Part shown: piece after piece, positions 21,468-32,590 of the stretch
Layout of the letters: each line of letters begins with the position of its first letter
Numbering within the stretch: position 1 is the first letter of the stretch
From: Candidatus Falkowbacteria bacterium GW2011_GWF2_43_32
GTDB lineage: Bacteria; Patescibacteriota; Patescibacteriia; Patescibacteriales; UBA12465
Assembly: GCA_000999715.1 (NCBI GenBank)
Contig: LCGL01000001.1
Span: 67,139-131,138 of the forward strand
Length of the DNA stretch: 64,000 nucleotides
Direction of reading: 5' to 3'
Program-made: the position numbers and the translations under genes
Notes under the pieces: generated by a model
What the model saw: the letters and a program-made list of their open reading frames with translations, nothing else
Told to the model about the DNA's origin: nothing
Database searches by the model: none

Positions 21468-22628
21468 TTAAAATAACTTAATGATATCTTTGTAGGTGAT
21501 AAAAATAATCAAGACGATCAGCAAAACAAAACCGGAATTATGAATCAGCGCCTCCACTTCCCTTTTGACCGGGCGACCGGAGATTTTTTCAATCAACAGA
21601 AAGACGATGCGTCCGCCGTCCAGGGCCGGAAAAGGCAAGATATTCAAAATCGCCAAATTCAAAGACAATAAAGCCACGAACTGCAGAAGATAAGCAAAGC
21701 CCAAACGAGCCGCTTGACCGGTAATCGTGGCAATGCCGACCGGACCGGCGAATTGATCGCCGACTTGATTCCCTTGAAAAATATTCTTGAACAGATCGGC
21801 GAAAGCGATCACAATTTGTTCCAAAACCCAACCGACAGTTTTTGCTCCCTCCCAAAAAGCGGCCAAAAACGGATAGCGTACCAAGCCGGCCGCGAAAATA
21901 GCCACGCCGATGGTCGCGCGTCCGCCGTCACGGGATAAAGGCACGACGCTAATGGTTTGTTCCTGTCCGTTGCGCCTGATCAACAACTGCGCTTCTTGAT
22001 CGGCACTGGCGGCAATCGCTTCCTGCAGTTCTTGTTCCGTCCCCACCGTCCGATCATTGACGCGCAAAACTTCATCGCTGGCCTGAAAGCCCGCGGCGGC
22101 CGCGACGGAATCCGGCAAAACCTGAGCAATAACTACCCGTTGTTCGCTGACCCAGGCGCTTTTGCCCAAAGTATCGGTGGATTGAGGCAGGCCGATCAAA
22201 TAGCCGACGGACAATAAAACCCAAGCCAACACGACGTTCATAATCACGCCGGCGGACAAAATCAATATTCGTTTCCAAATTTTCTGGGCCGCAAAACTAT
22301 CACGGTCGTTCTTTCCTTCGCCGTTTTCTCCTTTAATTTTCACAAAGCCGCCAAATGGCAACCAATTAAGCGAATAAACCGTCGCCCCGGCCGCCGGATG
22401 AAGATTTTCATCCGCGCTCGTTTCCAAACTCTCCACCGACCGATTGCCTCTCACGCGACGCCAATGTCCGAAACGGTTTTTATACCAACCCACGGCACGA
22501 GGCGGAAATCCGAAACCGAATTCTTCCGCTTTCACCCCGCAACGGCGGGCGGTGAAAAAATGGCCGAGCTCATGCGCGAACACCAGCACCGACAAAACCA
22601 AAATAAAAATAATAATCGTTAAAAACAT
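21468..22628 (-). CDS. rseP: RIP metalloprotease RseP with PDZ domain
   Basis: HELGH, GGFVKI, AGVIMN, NILPFPALDGG; start moved to MFLTIII. Confidence 0.93.
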   Translation of the reverse strand: MFLTIIIFILVLSVLVFAHELGHFFTARRCGVKAEEFGFGFPPRAVGWYKNRFGHWRRVRGNRSVESLETSADENLHPAAGATVYSLNWLPFGGFVKIKGENGEGKNDRDSFAAQKIWKRILILSAGVIMNVVLAWVLLSVGYLIGLPQSTDTLGKSAWVSEQRVVIAQVLPDSVAAAAGFQASDEVLRVNDRTVGTEQELQEAIAASADQEAQLLIRRNGQEQTISVVPLSRDGGRATIGVAIFAAGLVRYPFLAAFWEGAKTVGWVLEQIVIAFADLFKNIFQGNQVGDQFAGPVGIATITGQAARLGFAYLLQFVALLSLNLAILNILPFPALDGGRIVFLLIEKISGRPVKREVEALIHNSGFVLLIVLIIFITYKDIIKLF

Positions 22629-22650
22629 GTATTTATGATAAGTTCTCCTA

Positions 22651-23205
22651 TTAAATTTCCATAATATCTTTCTCCTTTCGATCACGAACCTCTTTCAGCT
22701 CTTCGTTCTTCTTGGCGGAAAATTCGTCCAACTCCTTGATGAAACGAAATTTGTCGTCTTCGCTGATTTCTTTGTCGTCAAAAGCCGTTTCAATCGCGCT
22801 CTTGGCGTGATCGCGCGCCTGACGCAAATTGACGCGCGTCTTTTCCAATTTCTCGTTCAATTTTTTGACCAGTTCTTTGCGATTTTCCTCCGTCAACGGT
22901 GGCACGGTCAAACGAACCTTATCACCCTCGTTAACGACGCCGAAACCCAGCCCCGCGTCAACAATGGCTTTCTCGATATTTTTCAACACTCCCTTATCCC
23001 AAGGCGCAATCACGATACTGTGCGTATCGGACACGGCAATATTGCCGACGGCGTTCAAAGGATTCATGGTGCCGTAGGCTTCAACTTGCACGTTCTCCAA
23101 TAACGCCGGATTGGCGCGACCGGTGCGCAAAGAGGAAATGTCTTTCTTGAAAAAATCCAAGGCGCCGGCGAATTCATTTTGTTTGGCTTGTAAATATTGA
23201 TTCAT
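22651..23205 (-). CDS. frr: Ribosome recycling factor
   Basis: LRTGRANP, PPLTEENRKELVK. Confidence 0.97.
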   Translation of the reverse strand: MNQYLQAKQNEFAGALDFFKKDISSLRTGRANPALLENVQVEAYGTMNPLNAVGNIAVSDTHSIVIAPWDKGVLKNIEKAIVDAGLGFGVVNEGDKVRLTVPPLTEENRKELVKKLNEKLEKTRVNLRQARDHAKSAIETAFDDKEISEDDKFRFIKELDEFSAKKNEELKEVRDRKEKDIMEI

Positions 23206-23265
23206 ATGTTTAATTAAAAATTGACAATTAATTTTTGACTTGATTTTTCAACTTAATCCGGCGAC

Positions 23266-24378
23266 TCAATCTTTCAGCCTGATCGTGCCCAAATAAATAT
23301 TGTTGGGGTTGTCAAAATCAATCAACAGCTCGCGGCCGGCACGGCCGGTCGGCAAATTATTGGTTGACCAGGTCGCTCCGCCGTCAAGAGATCGGAAAAA
23401 AGCGGTATTGGTGACATAATACAGATAACGAGAATCGCGCGGATTGACGGCCAAGGCGTTGATAACCGCATCTTTATCGGACGGAATCAACATGACATTT
23501 TCCCAAGTGATGCCGTTATCGGGCGAACGAAGAATCAGCTTATCGGTGGCCAGAAAAAGAAAACCGTCAACGGTCACGACAAAATCCCGGAAATTCGTGC
23601 CGATTTTGAAATCGTTCAAAACGACGTTCAAATCCGTCCAATCGTCCACCAGAAAATTCTGCTCCAAATTGGCGGAATTGGCGACATTGGTATGAGTGGT
23701 GGAAATAAAACTGAAAATTCGGTTCTTGTCGGTGGCCACGAACAGCAAACGGCTGTCCAAAGGAGAAATCACCAAACGCTTCAAGCCTTCATCCAAACGC
23801 TGAATAGTTCGCCAGGTGGCACCGGAATCGATACTCTTGATAATTTCGCCGCGCGACGTCCCGATGTACAAATTGCGGGTGTTATAATGATCAATCGCCA
23901 ACGTGGTGACGACCACTTCCGGATTATTGTCAAAATAAACCTGCGTCCAATTGCGGGAACAATCGTTAGACCGATAAAGACGATTGGCCAGAGCGGCATA
24001 AATCAAACATTTGTTCTGCGGATCAACGGCCACATCGTTAACGGTCGCCGCGGGCAAACCGGTGACTTTAGTCCAACCGTTATTGATGTTATAGGTATAA
24101 TACAAACCGTTCTCGAAACTGGCGAGATAAACCGCTCGGCTGTCGCCGGGATCCAAAACCATCCGATTGACATTGAGGTTGTTGATGGTTTGCGGCCGAC
24201 CGGTAAGCGTCGGCAAGCTGGACATCGCCTGCCAATTGTCGCCGTTATTGACCGATAAAAAAACGCTGTTATCACTGCTGGTGGCGTCACCCGAAGAACT
24301 GGTGGAGATGGAGCAACCGGCCGTCGCCAAGGCCACCGCCGCCAAAATAATGGTAAATTTTAAAGTTTTTACGGACAT
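23266..24378 (-). CDS. Lipoprotein with BNR/YCF48-like beta-propeller
   Basis: Lipobox-like ATAGC; repeated S.D.G.TW motifs. Confidence 0.8.
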   Translation of the reverse strand: MSVKTLKFTIILAAVALATAGCSISTSSSGDATSSDNSVFLSVNNGDNWQAMSSLPTLTGRPQTINNLNVNRMVLDPGDSRAVYLASFENGLYYTYNINNGWTKVTGLPAATVNDVAVDPQNKCLIYAALANRLYRSNDCSRNWTQVYFDNNPEVVVTTLAIDHYNTRNLYIGTSRGEIIKSIDSGATWRTIQRLDEGLKRLVISPLDSRLLFVATDKNRIFSFISTTHTNVANSANLEQNFLVDDWTDLNVVLNDFKIGTNFRDFVVTVDGFLFLATDKLILRSPDNGITWENVMLIPSDKDAVINALAVNPRDSRYLYYVTNTAFFRSLDGGATWSTNNLPTGRAGRELLIDFDNPNNIYLGTIRLKD

Positions 24379-24387
24379 ATGATTAAT

Positions 24388-25368
24388 TTAAATATTAACG
24401 GCTAATTGTTCCAAAACCAAACGCGGATTGACGTTGGCGGCCAGATACTCCTTGGCTTGAGCGATCAATTTCAATTGTTTCAAAATCGACGGCACGCTAT
24501 TCTGATCGCTTCGTTCGTTTAAAAGCGCCAAAGTCTTGTTTAAGGCGGGCGCCAACGCCGAATGTTGCCAGCGATCTTTTTGTTCCAAGCTTGATAACAA
24601 CAAATCGCGACTCAAACCTTCGGCCATGGAAAGAACGGCGCTCGCCGTCTCGGTCGCCTGCCGACTCCAAGTCTTATCGTTGAAAATCTTATCCAAAATC
24701 TGCAAACGAGTGTTAAGATCGGCATTAATCAGCGACAACCACCGTTCCGCCCGTTCCAAATAATTTTGATAATCTTCCGGCGCTTCCAAAAATTTGACGG
24801 CGGCCAAAGGACGACCGAGCGCCAGATTCGCCAAATCTTTGGCTAAAGAACGATTGGCGCCGCAATGCTTAATCAAGTAATCATAAATCACGGCCGCGGG
24901 CACGGGATGAAAATACAAGATTTGGCCGCGCGACAGGATGGTGGCCGGCAAACTGTTTTCATCGCCGGTCAACAAAATGATTATCACCGCTTCTTTCGGT
25001 TCTTCCAAGGTTTTAAGCAAAGCGCTCTTGGCCTCTTCGCTCAAGAGATCGGCGTCTTTGATAATTCCAATCTTATAGGAATTCAAGAAAGAACTCAAAT
25101 TCAAAGTCTTGATGAACTCGCGCACGGCTTCAATGGAAATGTTTTTCCGATCGGCCGCCTTTTCCAAAATATGCAAATCGCTGTTGAAACCGATACGGTT
25201 CCCTTGCAAATTGCGCGCAAACGCCAAGGCAATCGTAAATTTGCCCAAATCGTTCGCGCCGGCAAAAATATAAGTCTGAACAATTTTGTTATTATTCAAG
25301 CCGCGTTCCAAAAATTCTATTGCCTGGTCGTTGCCGATTTTCGGCCAGGAAAACTTTTCTTTGGCCAT
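24388..25368 (-). CDS. holB: DNA polymerase III delta' subunit-like
   Basis: Degenerate Walker A (GANDLGK), ALLKTLEEP, LPATILSR. Confidence 0.85.
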   Translation of the reverse strand: MAKEKFSWPKIGNDQAIEFLERGLNNNKIVQTYIFAGANDLGKFTIALAFARNLQGNRIGFNSDLHILEKAADRKNISIEAVREFIKTLNLSSFLNSYKIGIIKDADLLSEEAKSALLKTLEEPKEAVIIILLTGDENSLPATILSRGQILYFHPVPAAVIYDYLIKHCGANRSLAKDLANLALGRPLAAVKFLEAPEDYQNYLERAERWLSLINADLNTRLQILDKIFNDKTWSRQATETASAVLSMAEGLSRDLLLSSLEQKDRWQHSALAPALNKTLALLNERSDQNSVPSILKQLKLIAQAKEYLAANVNPRLVLEQLAVNI

Positions 25369-25399
25369 ACTGAATTAAAACTGGATTATATAAATAATT

Positions 25400-27160
25400 T
25401 TAAAACCCGGAACTGATTTTATTCAAATCGCTATTTTTTATCCCCAGGCCGCGCTGGCGCATAATTTCAAAAGCATCGGCCGGACGATTCAAATAATACA
25501 ACTGCAAATCTACCGGATCAAAATAATAAGCCTGCCCTTTGTCTTCCGTCTGCAAAAGAATGCGACCGGCTAAACGTCGCCAAGCGCCGGGATTGCTTCG
25601 CACGGCCGCCAAATCGGCGTTGGAAATACCCAGACCGAAACGGCGCATGACCTCAAAAGCGTCGGCCGGCCGGCCCAGATAATATTTTTTGCCGGAAACC
25701 GGCTCCACATACCAGGCTTGCCCCTGACTTTCAACTTGCAATAGAATCCGGCCTTGCAAACGCGTCGCCAAAGAAACGGGCACGGACGAAGCGGCCGAGG
25801 CGCTGGCAGAACCACCGATCGGACTGACCGTCGCGCCGGAAACCTGAAAAGATTGTCCGGACGACAATAAATAATTGCCACTCACCACCACTTTCACCGC
25901 TTGCGTCACACCGTTCTTGGCATAAAAAGTCTGACCGTAATCTTGATTGTTTTTGCCGGCATATACCGCCAAGTACGGACCGGCGGCCAAAGACAAAGAG
26001 GCCGTCCGATTGGAATTTAATTTAATCGTGCCGACTTGCTTATCGCGATAGAAAGAGCCGTTGGCATCGGCGCTCAAAGAATACAATTTTAACGAAGCTG
26101 TACTGGACAAACCCTCGCCTTGCGCGTCGGACAAGGTAAAATTGGTCAAATTGGTCGTTAATTTCTGATAATCGCCGGCCGGTTTGACCGCGATGCCCCA
26201 AAAAATATTTTCCCGGTTGAAATAATCGCGAACCGCCAACGCGTATGTCCCGGCCGGATATTCTAAACGAAAACGGCCGTTGGCATCGGTTTTGGCTTTC
26301 TCCAATTCACGTCCCAAAGTGCCGGCGGCGGTCTGTTCATAAAGACGAACTTCCTTCCCCGTCAACAATTGTCCTTTGGCGTCCCGCAATTCTCCGCTGA
26401 CGCCGCTGAAATCGTAAGACAGAGTATAGTCTTTATTTTCGGGCACGCTGATATTATATAAAACGGAATTATTTCCGTCCGCATCCTTGGCGCTGACGGC
26501 ATAAAAACCGGTCTGACCGCGACGATAAGGATTATAGGGGGCGACATAAACGGTCGCTTGACCGCTGGCACCGGTTTTCAGACTGGCAATCAAGTCGCCG
26601 CTTTCAAAAATCGGATTGTTATCGGCATCGTATCTTTGCGCGTAGAGAGAAAAACTGTAATTCTTTTTTAGCTCTCCGGCCGCATCGCGCAAAACGATGT
26701 GCAAAGCCGGCAAAGATTTGGTCAGATTGCGATTATAATCGCAGGCAAAAGTGACCGCATTAAAAAACCAGAATTCTCCCAAATTTTCTTTTTTATCCCA
26801 AACATGCAAAACATGGGATTTACATTGATCGGGCTTAAAGCTGAAATTAAATTGCCCCAAACTGTCGGTCGTGCCGCCGCCGACCTTATCGCCGGCAATC
26901 GGCAAACCGTAGTTATCGGTGTCCTGTTCATACAAGGCGAATTTAAAACCGGCCAAAGCCTCGCCGCTGAAATTGCGCAAAGTTAAAGTGAATTGCGATT
27001 CCCGCTCGCAGACCGTGGACGGAGCGGGCAAATTGTAATTATAATTATTTTCGTAAATATAAACATCGCAAACATCGTCCCGCGCCGCCGCCGGCTCGCC
27101 AATCGCCAGCACCGCAATCAGGACAAGAAATCCGCCAATTATTTTCCCGCTTTTAAACAT
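25400..27160 (-). CDS. Secreted protein with prealbumin-like beta repeats and a duplicated C-terminal GRILLQ(V/T)E..GQA(W/Y)Y domain
   Basis: Signal peptide; two C-terminal repeats visible in translation. Confidence 0.75.
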   Translation of the reverse strand: MFKSGKIIGGFLVLIAVLAIGEPAAARDDVCDVYIYENNYNYNLPAPSTVCERESQFTLTLRNFSGEALAGFKFALYEQDTDNYGLPIAGDKVGGGTTDSLGQFNFSFKPDQCKSHVLHVWDKKENLGEFWFFNAVTFACDYNRNLTKSLPALHIVLRDAAGELKKNYSFSLYAQRYDADNNPIFESGDLIASLKTGASGQATVYVAPYNPYRRGQTGFYAVSAKDADGNNSVLYNISVPENKDYTLSYDFSGVSGELRDAKGQLLTGKEVRLYEQTAAGTLGRELEKAKTDANGRFRLEYPAGTYALAVRDYFNRENIFWGIAVKPAGDYQKLTTNLTNFTLSDAQGEGLSSTASLKLYSLSADANGSFYRDKQVGTIKLNSNRTASLSLAAGPYLAVYAGKNNQDYGQTFYAKNGVTQAVKVVVSGNYLLSSGQSFQVSGATVSPIGGSASASAASSVPVSLATRLQGRILLQVESQGQAWYVEPVSGKKYYLGRPADAFEVMRRFGLGISNADLAAVRSNPGAWRRLAGRILLQTEDKGQAYYFDPVDLQLYYLNRPADAFEIMRQRGLGIKNSDLNKISSGF

Positions 27161-27368
27161 AGAAATAAAATTTAATAATGATTATTCTATTTAATATTAG
27201 CCTAATTATATTTAAGTGCCCTCTCCCGTCCGATTTGCCGACACAAAAACGATGATTTTCCGGTTAATCTAGGATTATTATAGCATACTTTTCCAGAAAA
27301 CCAACCGATTTTTTATTGATTTTTAGACCTTAAACTGATATATTGAAGGAGTCTTTAATTTTTAAAAC

Positions 27369-28694
27369 ATGTCTCACCGTTTTAAGAAATTAATCCTCTT
27401 CGCCGGCGATGTGGCGGCCTTATCCGGCGCTTTATTTTTAACTTTGGCTATCCGTTATCCGCAAACCGCCTGGAACGAACGTTGGCACAGCCATTGGCCG
27501 AGTTTTTCGGTCATTTTTCTCATTTGGCTGATAATATTTACCATCAACGACCTTTACAATCTGGATTTGCGGGTAAACAGCCGCCAATTTCTCCGCTTGA
27601 CCGTCAACACCGCGGCCGTCAGCAGTTTGTTGTCCATTCTCTATTTTTATCTGAACGTTCAATCCGCCATCGCTCCCAAAACCAATCTGGCCATTTTTAT
27701 CGTTGTTTTTCTCGGCCTATTTTTTGTTTGGCGCGGCTTATACCAATTAATCCGCGGCGCGTTCATCCCGCAAGACAACCTGGCCATCATCGGCTTTAAC
27801 CAACGAACGGAAGAATTGGTCGCCGCCTTGAAGCAACGTCCGGCGGCCGGCTATCAAACCGCTTTAATCTTTAAAAATCCGACGGAATTGACCGATCTGG
27901 CGGACAGCCTGAAAATCAAAAACATCCGCGCCGTCGTCATCGTGGACGATTTCGGACAAAGCGCCATTTTGCGTCAGGCCTTGTTTGATTGCTTGGCTTA
28001 TAAAATAACTTTTTTCAGTTACCCCGATTTCTACGAACTGCTAACCGGAAAAATCCCGGTGGAAGCGATTGACGCCGACTGGTTTTTGAAAAACTTGCGC
28101 TCGGGCCAAAAAAACTATTTTGATTTTCTGAAGCGCCTTTGCGACTTTTTCGGCGCCCTGACGATTTTTCTGATATCTCTGCCGTTTTGGCCGTTCTTGG
28201 CTTTAGCCGTCAAATCAAGCGGCCGCGGTCCGATTTTTTTCCGTCAAACTCGCTTGGGACAAAACGAACAGGAATTCAAGATCATCAAATTCCGCACCAT
28301 GCGCCAAGAAAATAATGATTTTACGCCGACCGCAGAAAACGACCCCCGCATTACCCGTTTCGGATATTTTCTGCGCCGCACTCGTCTGGACGAACTCCCG
28401 CAAGTGCTGAATATTCTGAAAGGCGAAATGAGTTTTATCGGTCCGCGCCCCGAAAGACCGGAAATCATTAAAGAATTGGAAAAGAAAATTCCTTTTTATA
28501 AAACCCGCCTGCTGATCAAACCGGGACTGACCGGCTGGGATCAGATATCGGGACGTTACCATTCCGCTTCGCCGGAAGACAGCCGAGAAAAACTGCAATA
28601 CGATTTATTTTATTTAAAACAACGCTCGCTTTATCTGGACATCGCCATCGCTTTGCGGACTCTGGCGACTATTGCCGGCGGCGGCGGAAGATAG
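27369..28694 (+). CDS. Polyprenyl glycosylphosphotransferase (initiating sugar transferase)
   Basis: N-terminal TMs; [32 protein letters not shown]. Confidence 0.93.
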   Translation: MSHRFKKLILFAGDVAALSGALFLTLAIRYPQTAWNERWHSHWPSFSVIFLIWLIIFTINDLYNLDLRVNSRQFLRLTVNTAAVSSLLSILYFYLNVQSAIAPKTNLAIFIVVFLGLFFVWRGLYQLIRGAFIPQDNLAIIGFNQRTEELVAALKQRPAAGYQTALIFKNPTELTDLADSLKIKNIRAVVIVDDFGQSAILRQALFDCLAYKITFFSYPDFYELLTGKIPVEAIDADWFLKNLRSGQKNYFDFLKRLCDFFGALTIFLISLPFWPFLALAVKSSGRGPIFFRQTRLGQNEQEFKIIKFRTMRQENNDFTPTAENDPRITRFGYFLRRTRLDELPQVLNILKGEMSFIGPRPERPEIIKELEKKIPFYKTRLLIKPGLTGWDQISGRYHSASPEDSREKLQYDLFYLKQRSLYLDIAIALRTLATIAGGGGR

Positions 28695-28697
28695 CTC

Positions 28698-29486
28698 ATG
28701 AAATTCTCCCTGATAATCATCAACTATAAAACACCGGACTTGACCGCCGACTGTCTGCGAGGAATTTTTTTATGGCTATCCCGGGAAGAAGCGGAAATAA
28801 TTTTGATAGACAACGCCTCCCGCGACGGCAGTCGGGAAAAATTACAAGCCGAATTCGGTTCGCAAATCAAAATAATCGCCAATGAACACAATCTCGGTTT
28901 TGCCGCCGCCAACAACCAAGGCGCGGCCGTCGCCCGAGGCGATTACCTCCTCTTTCTGAACAGCGACACCGTAATCAAAGAAAATTTCTGGAACACTTGC
29001 GCCCGTCTGCTTGAAGACAATAAAGACATCGGTTTGATTTCGCCGCGACTGCGCCTGCCCTCCGGAGAATATCAACAAGCCGCTTTCGGAAAATTTCCCA
29101 CCTTATGGCGATTGCTCGCTCAAACCACCAAAAAAGATCAGGTGATATCCGGCGGCACCGATTTTTATGTCAGCGACTGGATTAGCGGTTGCGCCTTGAT
29201 GATTAAAAAAAATGTCTTTCAAGAACTCGACGGCTGGGACGATAATTTTTTTCTGTATTACGAAGACGTGGATTTGTGCCGCCGCGCTTATCAGAAAGGA
29301 TACAAATCGGCGGTAGCTCTGAACACCAACGTTATCCATTTGGGCGGACAAAGCTTAACGGCCGATCCGGAAAAAAAGAAACGCTATTATGCTTCGCAAG
29401 ATTATTACTTTCAAAAACACTATTCCTTCTTGGTCGGCTTGATTGTCAAAATCGCCCGATTTTTTTATTCTAATCTTAAAGTATGA
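28698..29486 (+). CDS. Glycosyltransferase family 2 (rhamnosyltransferase-like)
   Basis: IDNAS.DGS, NLGFAAANNQG, LNSD, YYEDVDLC. Confidence 0.92.
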   Translation: MKFSLIIINYKTPDLTADCLRGIFLWLSREEAEIILIDNASRDGSREKLQAEFGSQIKIIANEHNLGFAAANNQGAAVARGDYLLFLNSDTVIKENFWNTCARLLEDNKDIGLISPRLRLPSGEYQQAAFGKFPTLWRLLAQTTKKDQVISGGTDFYVSDWISGCALMIKKNVFQELDGWDDNFFLYYEDVDLCRRAYQKGYKSAVALNTNVIHLGGQSLTADPEKKKRYYASQDYYFQKHYSFLVGLIVKIARFFYSNLKV

Positions 29487-30571
29487 AAATTGCCGTCAAC
29501 GCCATTCCTTATACCCGTTGGTCGGGAATAGAAACTTTCCTGCGGAATCTCTTATTGTTTTGGCCCGATAATACTCAAGATGAAATTGTTATTTTTACCA
29601 ATCAGCGAGCGGCCAAGTTCTTGCAACCCCTGCCGGCTAACCTGAAAATCAAAATTAAAACTTTCTCGCGACTGAGCCGCTGGCGACTTTTTTTGTATCA
29701 ACAAATCGCTTTGCCCGCCGTCTTGCGCCGAGAAAAATTTGACTTGTTATTTTGCGCTTCCCTGCTCGCCCCCTGGAGTTATCGCCGAAAAATAATTACC
29801 ATCCATGACGCCGCGCCTTTTATTCTGAAAAAGGAAACCGGTCCGATCGGAAAAATTTTTTGGAACATCAATCTGCTGTTTAATCGGCGCTCCGCTCTCA
29901 AAATTATTACCGTATCAGAATTTTCCAAACAAGAATTGATAAAAAAATTGGGCATCAAGGAAAATAATCTGGAAATAATCTTCAACGGCGCGCCTTTAAT
30001 AGGCGCAGACGAAAGCCGGCCAGAGGCGAAAAGAGAAAAATATTTCGTCACCGTCGGCAACGCCCGGCCCAGAAAAAATTTGGAAATTTTATTCCGAGCG
30101 CTGACCGATCCGCACAACAAACTGACCGATTTTAAATTGTTGGTTATCGGCCAGTTGGACAGTCGCATGAAAAAATTGCAAAAAAAATATAATTCGTCGC
30201 AAATAATATTCACCGGCTTTGTCGCTGAAAAAGAAAAATATGCTCTGATCAAAAAAGCTTCCGCCTTGATTTTTCCTTCTTTGCATGAAGGCTTCGGTTT
30301 GCCGATTGTGGAAGCGGGCAAGTTAAGAACGCCGGTCGTCTGTTCCGACATCCCGGCCTTTCGGGAAATCGCCGGCGACAGCGCTCTTTTCTTCAATCCT
30401 CAAGACGAAAAAGAACTGGTGCAAAAAATAAAGGAAACAATCGAATCCGCACAAACGATTTTCACGCTGGGAGAAAAAGGATACGCCAACGCCAGAAGAT
30501 TCAACTGGCCGGAATCGGCCGCCAAACTGGCCTCAATAATCCATCATTATGAAAATCCTGCAAATAAATAA
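29483..30571 (+). CDS. Glycosyltransferase family 4
   Basis: TVSEFSK, PRKN, EGFGLPIVEA. Confidence 0.92.
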   Translation: MKIAVNAIPYTRWSGIETFLRNLLLFWPDNTQDEIVIFTNQRAAKFLQPLPANLKIKIKTFSRLSRWRLFLYQQIALPAVLRREKFDLLFCASLLAPWSYRRKIITIHDAAPFILKKETGPIGKIFWNINLLFNRRSALKIITVSEFSKQELIKKLGIKENNLEIIFNGAPLIGADESRPEAKREKYFVTVGNARPRKNLEILFRALTDPHNKLTDFKLLVIGQLDSRMKKLQKKYNSSQIIFTGFVAEKEKYALIKKASALIFPSLHEGFGLPIVEAGKLRTPVVCSDIPAFREIAGDSALFFNPQDEKELVQKIKETIESAQTIFTLGEKGYANARRFNWPESAAKLASIIHHYENPANK

Positions 30572-31676
30572 ATTTTATCATCCCTGGATCGGCGGCGTGG
30601 AAAAAATTGTCCAAAATATCGCCGAAGATTTTAACGGCCGCGACGGTTTCCGAGTGGACGTTTTAGCCTGCCAAGCTCAAGGCCGACGCCAAACGGAAAA
30701 CATCAACGGCATCACCGTCTATCGCGCCGCTTCTTGGGGATATTGGCTGGGCATGCCGATTTCCTGGGATTTTTTTCGCCTGCTCCGAAAAATTAAAAAG
30801 AATTATGACCTGATTTTAATCCATCATCCCTTTCCTCTGGCTTTTCTGGCGATTCCCTTTTTAAAAAATAAAAAAATCTTCATCTGGTACCATGCGGATA
30901 TCATTCGGCAAAAAATCAGCAAACATTTCTTCCTGCCTTTCATCAAACTGGGATTAAAAAGGGCGGACAAAATATTGCTTGCCAGTCGCAGTTTACTTGC
31001 TCAGTCTTCATTGTTAAAAAAATATGTCGCCAAAAGCGAAATAATTCCTTTCGGCTTGGATCTGGAAAAGTTTTCCGTTAAAAACGACGATGACCGACAA
31101 ACAGCGGAAATCAAAAAACGTTATGGATCGCCGCTAATTCTGGGCGTCGGGCGACTGGTAAGCTACAAAGGTTGGGAATTTTTGATAACAGCTCTGGCTG
31201 ACGACAGCTTACGCGCTTTGCCGGAAGTGAAACTGTTGATTATCGGCGCCGGACCTTTGGAAACTGAACTGAATAAACTGATTGCGGACTTAGAACTGCA
31301 AAATAAAGTTTCTCTGCTCAAAACTGTGCCGGATCTCAAGCCATTTTACGAAGCCAGTGATTTATTGGTTCTGCCCTCCGTTTCGTCAACCGAAGCTTTC
31401 GGGCTGGTCCAGCTGGAAGCGATGGCTTGCGGCAAACCGGTTATCAACACGGATTTGCCGACCGGAGTCACCGAAGTCAGTCTTCACGGTCTTAGCGGCC
31501 TGACTGTTCCGCCTCGCGACAGCGCCGCTTTGGCGCAAGCTATTTTAAAAATCCTCTCCGACCCGGAATTAAAAAATCGCTTCGGAAAAAACGGACGACA
31601 ACGCGTAGAGGATTTCTTCAGCCAAAAACTTTTTCACGAAAACTTGGCGAAGTTGTTCCGCCGCGCCGCACAATAA
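30549..31676 (+). CDS. Glycosyltransferase family 4
   Basis: GGVE, GRLVSYKG, EAFGLVQLEAMACGKPVI. Confidence 0.92.
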   Translation: MKILQINKFYHPWIGGVEKIVQNIAEDFNGRDGFRVDVLACQAQGRRQTENINGITVYRAASWGYWLGMPISWDFFRLLRKIKKNYDLILIHHPFPLAFLAIPFLKNKKIFIWYHADIIRQKISKHFFLPFIKLGLKRADKILLASRSLLAQSSLLKKYVAKSEIIPFGLDLEKFSVKNDDDRQTAEIKKRYGSPLILGVGRLVSYKGWEFLITALADDSLRALPEVKLLIIGAGPLETELNKLIADLELQNKVSLLKTVPDLKPFYEASDLLVLPSVSSTEAFGLVQLEAMACGKPVINTDLPTGVTEVSLHGLSGLTVPPRDSAALAQAILKILSDPELKNRFGKNGRQRVEDFFSQKLFHENLAKLFRRAAQ

Positions 31677-31691
31677 CTTAACGACAAATCA

Positions 31692-31725
31692 AACAAAAAG
31701 AGGCCCGACCAGGGGCCTCTTTGTT
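31692..31725. terminator. Bidirectional intrinsic terminator
   Basis: AAAGAGGCCC-gaccag-GGGCCTCTTT between convergent GT4 and rpsD. Confidence 0.75.
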
Positions 31726-31753
31726 AAATAAGCAAAATAATTCAATCGACAAC

Positions 31754-32335
31754 TTATATAACGCGGCGATAAAACTCCAAAACCTGGTTCATCTCCACAT
31801 TCTTGGGCAAATCGTTTTCCGACGGAACGGACAATAATCTTCCTTGATTTTCGCCATACTCCAAGAAGCCCAAAACAGTGCTCTCTTTCCGATTATTTTT
31901 TACCTGCTCCAAAAAGTTCGCTCTTTTCAAGACTTTCGCCGCCAAACCGATTGTTTGACCCGGCTTCACTTCATAGGAAGCGATGTCCACTTTGCGACCG
32001 TCCACGACGATGTGTCCGTGATTGACCGTTTGCCTGGCCTGTTCTCTGGTTTTTCCGAAACCCAAACGATAGGCGATGTTATCCAAACGAGTTTCCAGAC
32101 GCCGCAACAATTCAATCTGCGGATTGCCGGTTCCCTTCAAAGCTTCGCGCGCGTAGCGCTTCATCTGCCGTTCCATAACGCCATAAATAAACTTCAAGCG
32201 TTGTTTTTGCAATAACCTTTCGCCGTAAGCGGACAAGCGAGCCGTTCGCTGATCTTTTTTTCTAATGCTCTCTCCCTCCGTCGCCAGGCCCAAACGCCGG
32301 CGCTTCTTCATTTTCGGTCCGATATATCTTCCCAT
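31754..32335 (-). CDS. rpsD: 30S ribosomal protein S4
   Basis: MGRYIGP, LETRLDN..YRLGF, ARQ.VNHGHI.VDG.KVDIASY. Confidence 0.96.
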   Translation of the reverse strand: MGRYIGPKMKKRRRLGLATEGESIRKKDQRTARLSAYGERLLQKQRLKFIYGVMERQMKRYAREALKGTGNPQIELLRRLETRLDNIAYRLGFGKTREQARQTVNHGHIVVDGRKVDIASYEVKPGQTIGLAAKVLKRANFLEQVKNNRKESTVLGFLEYGENQGRLLSVPSENDLPKNVEMNQVLEFYRRVI

Positions 32336-32494
32336 ATTATTAATATTATATGATTTATCACTTTATTTATTAATTAAGCTTGGTTTGGATACTATCATCT
32401 TTCCATAAAAAAAACAAGACAGCTCGTTTGAAATGGACAATTTATTCACTTTGACTGATATTATTTTAGCATATTGATAAATTTTACAAAAAAA

Positions 32495-32545
32495 ATAACC
32501 TCGAATTGCTTATACAATCCGAGGTTATATCCGCCTGCCGGCGGA
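32495..32545 (-). terminator. Hairpin plus U-tract downstream of DGR target 2, with adjacent GC hairpin TCCGCC-tgcc-GGCGGA
   Basis: ATAACCTCGAATTG...CAATCCGAGGTTAT; homologous to 47759-47790. Confidence 0.7.
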
Positions 32546-32590
32546 CAAAAGACAAAAAACTAAAGTCTAAAGACTCAAAGGGTCAAAAGA

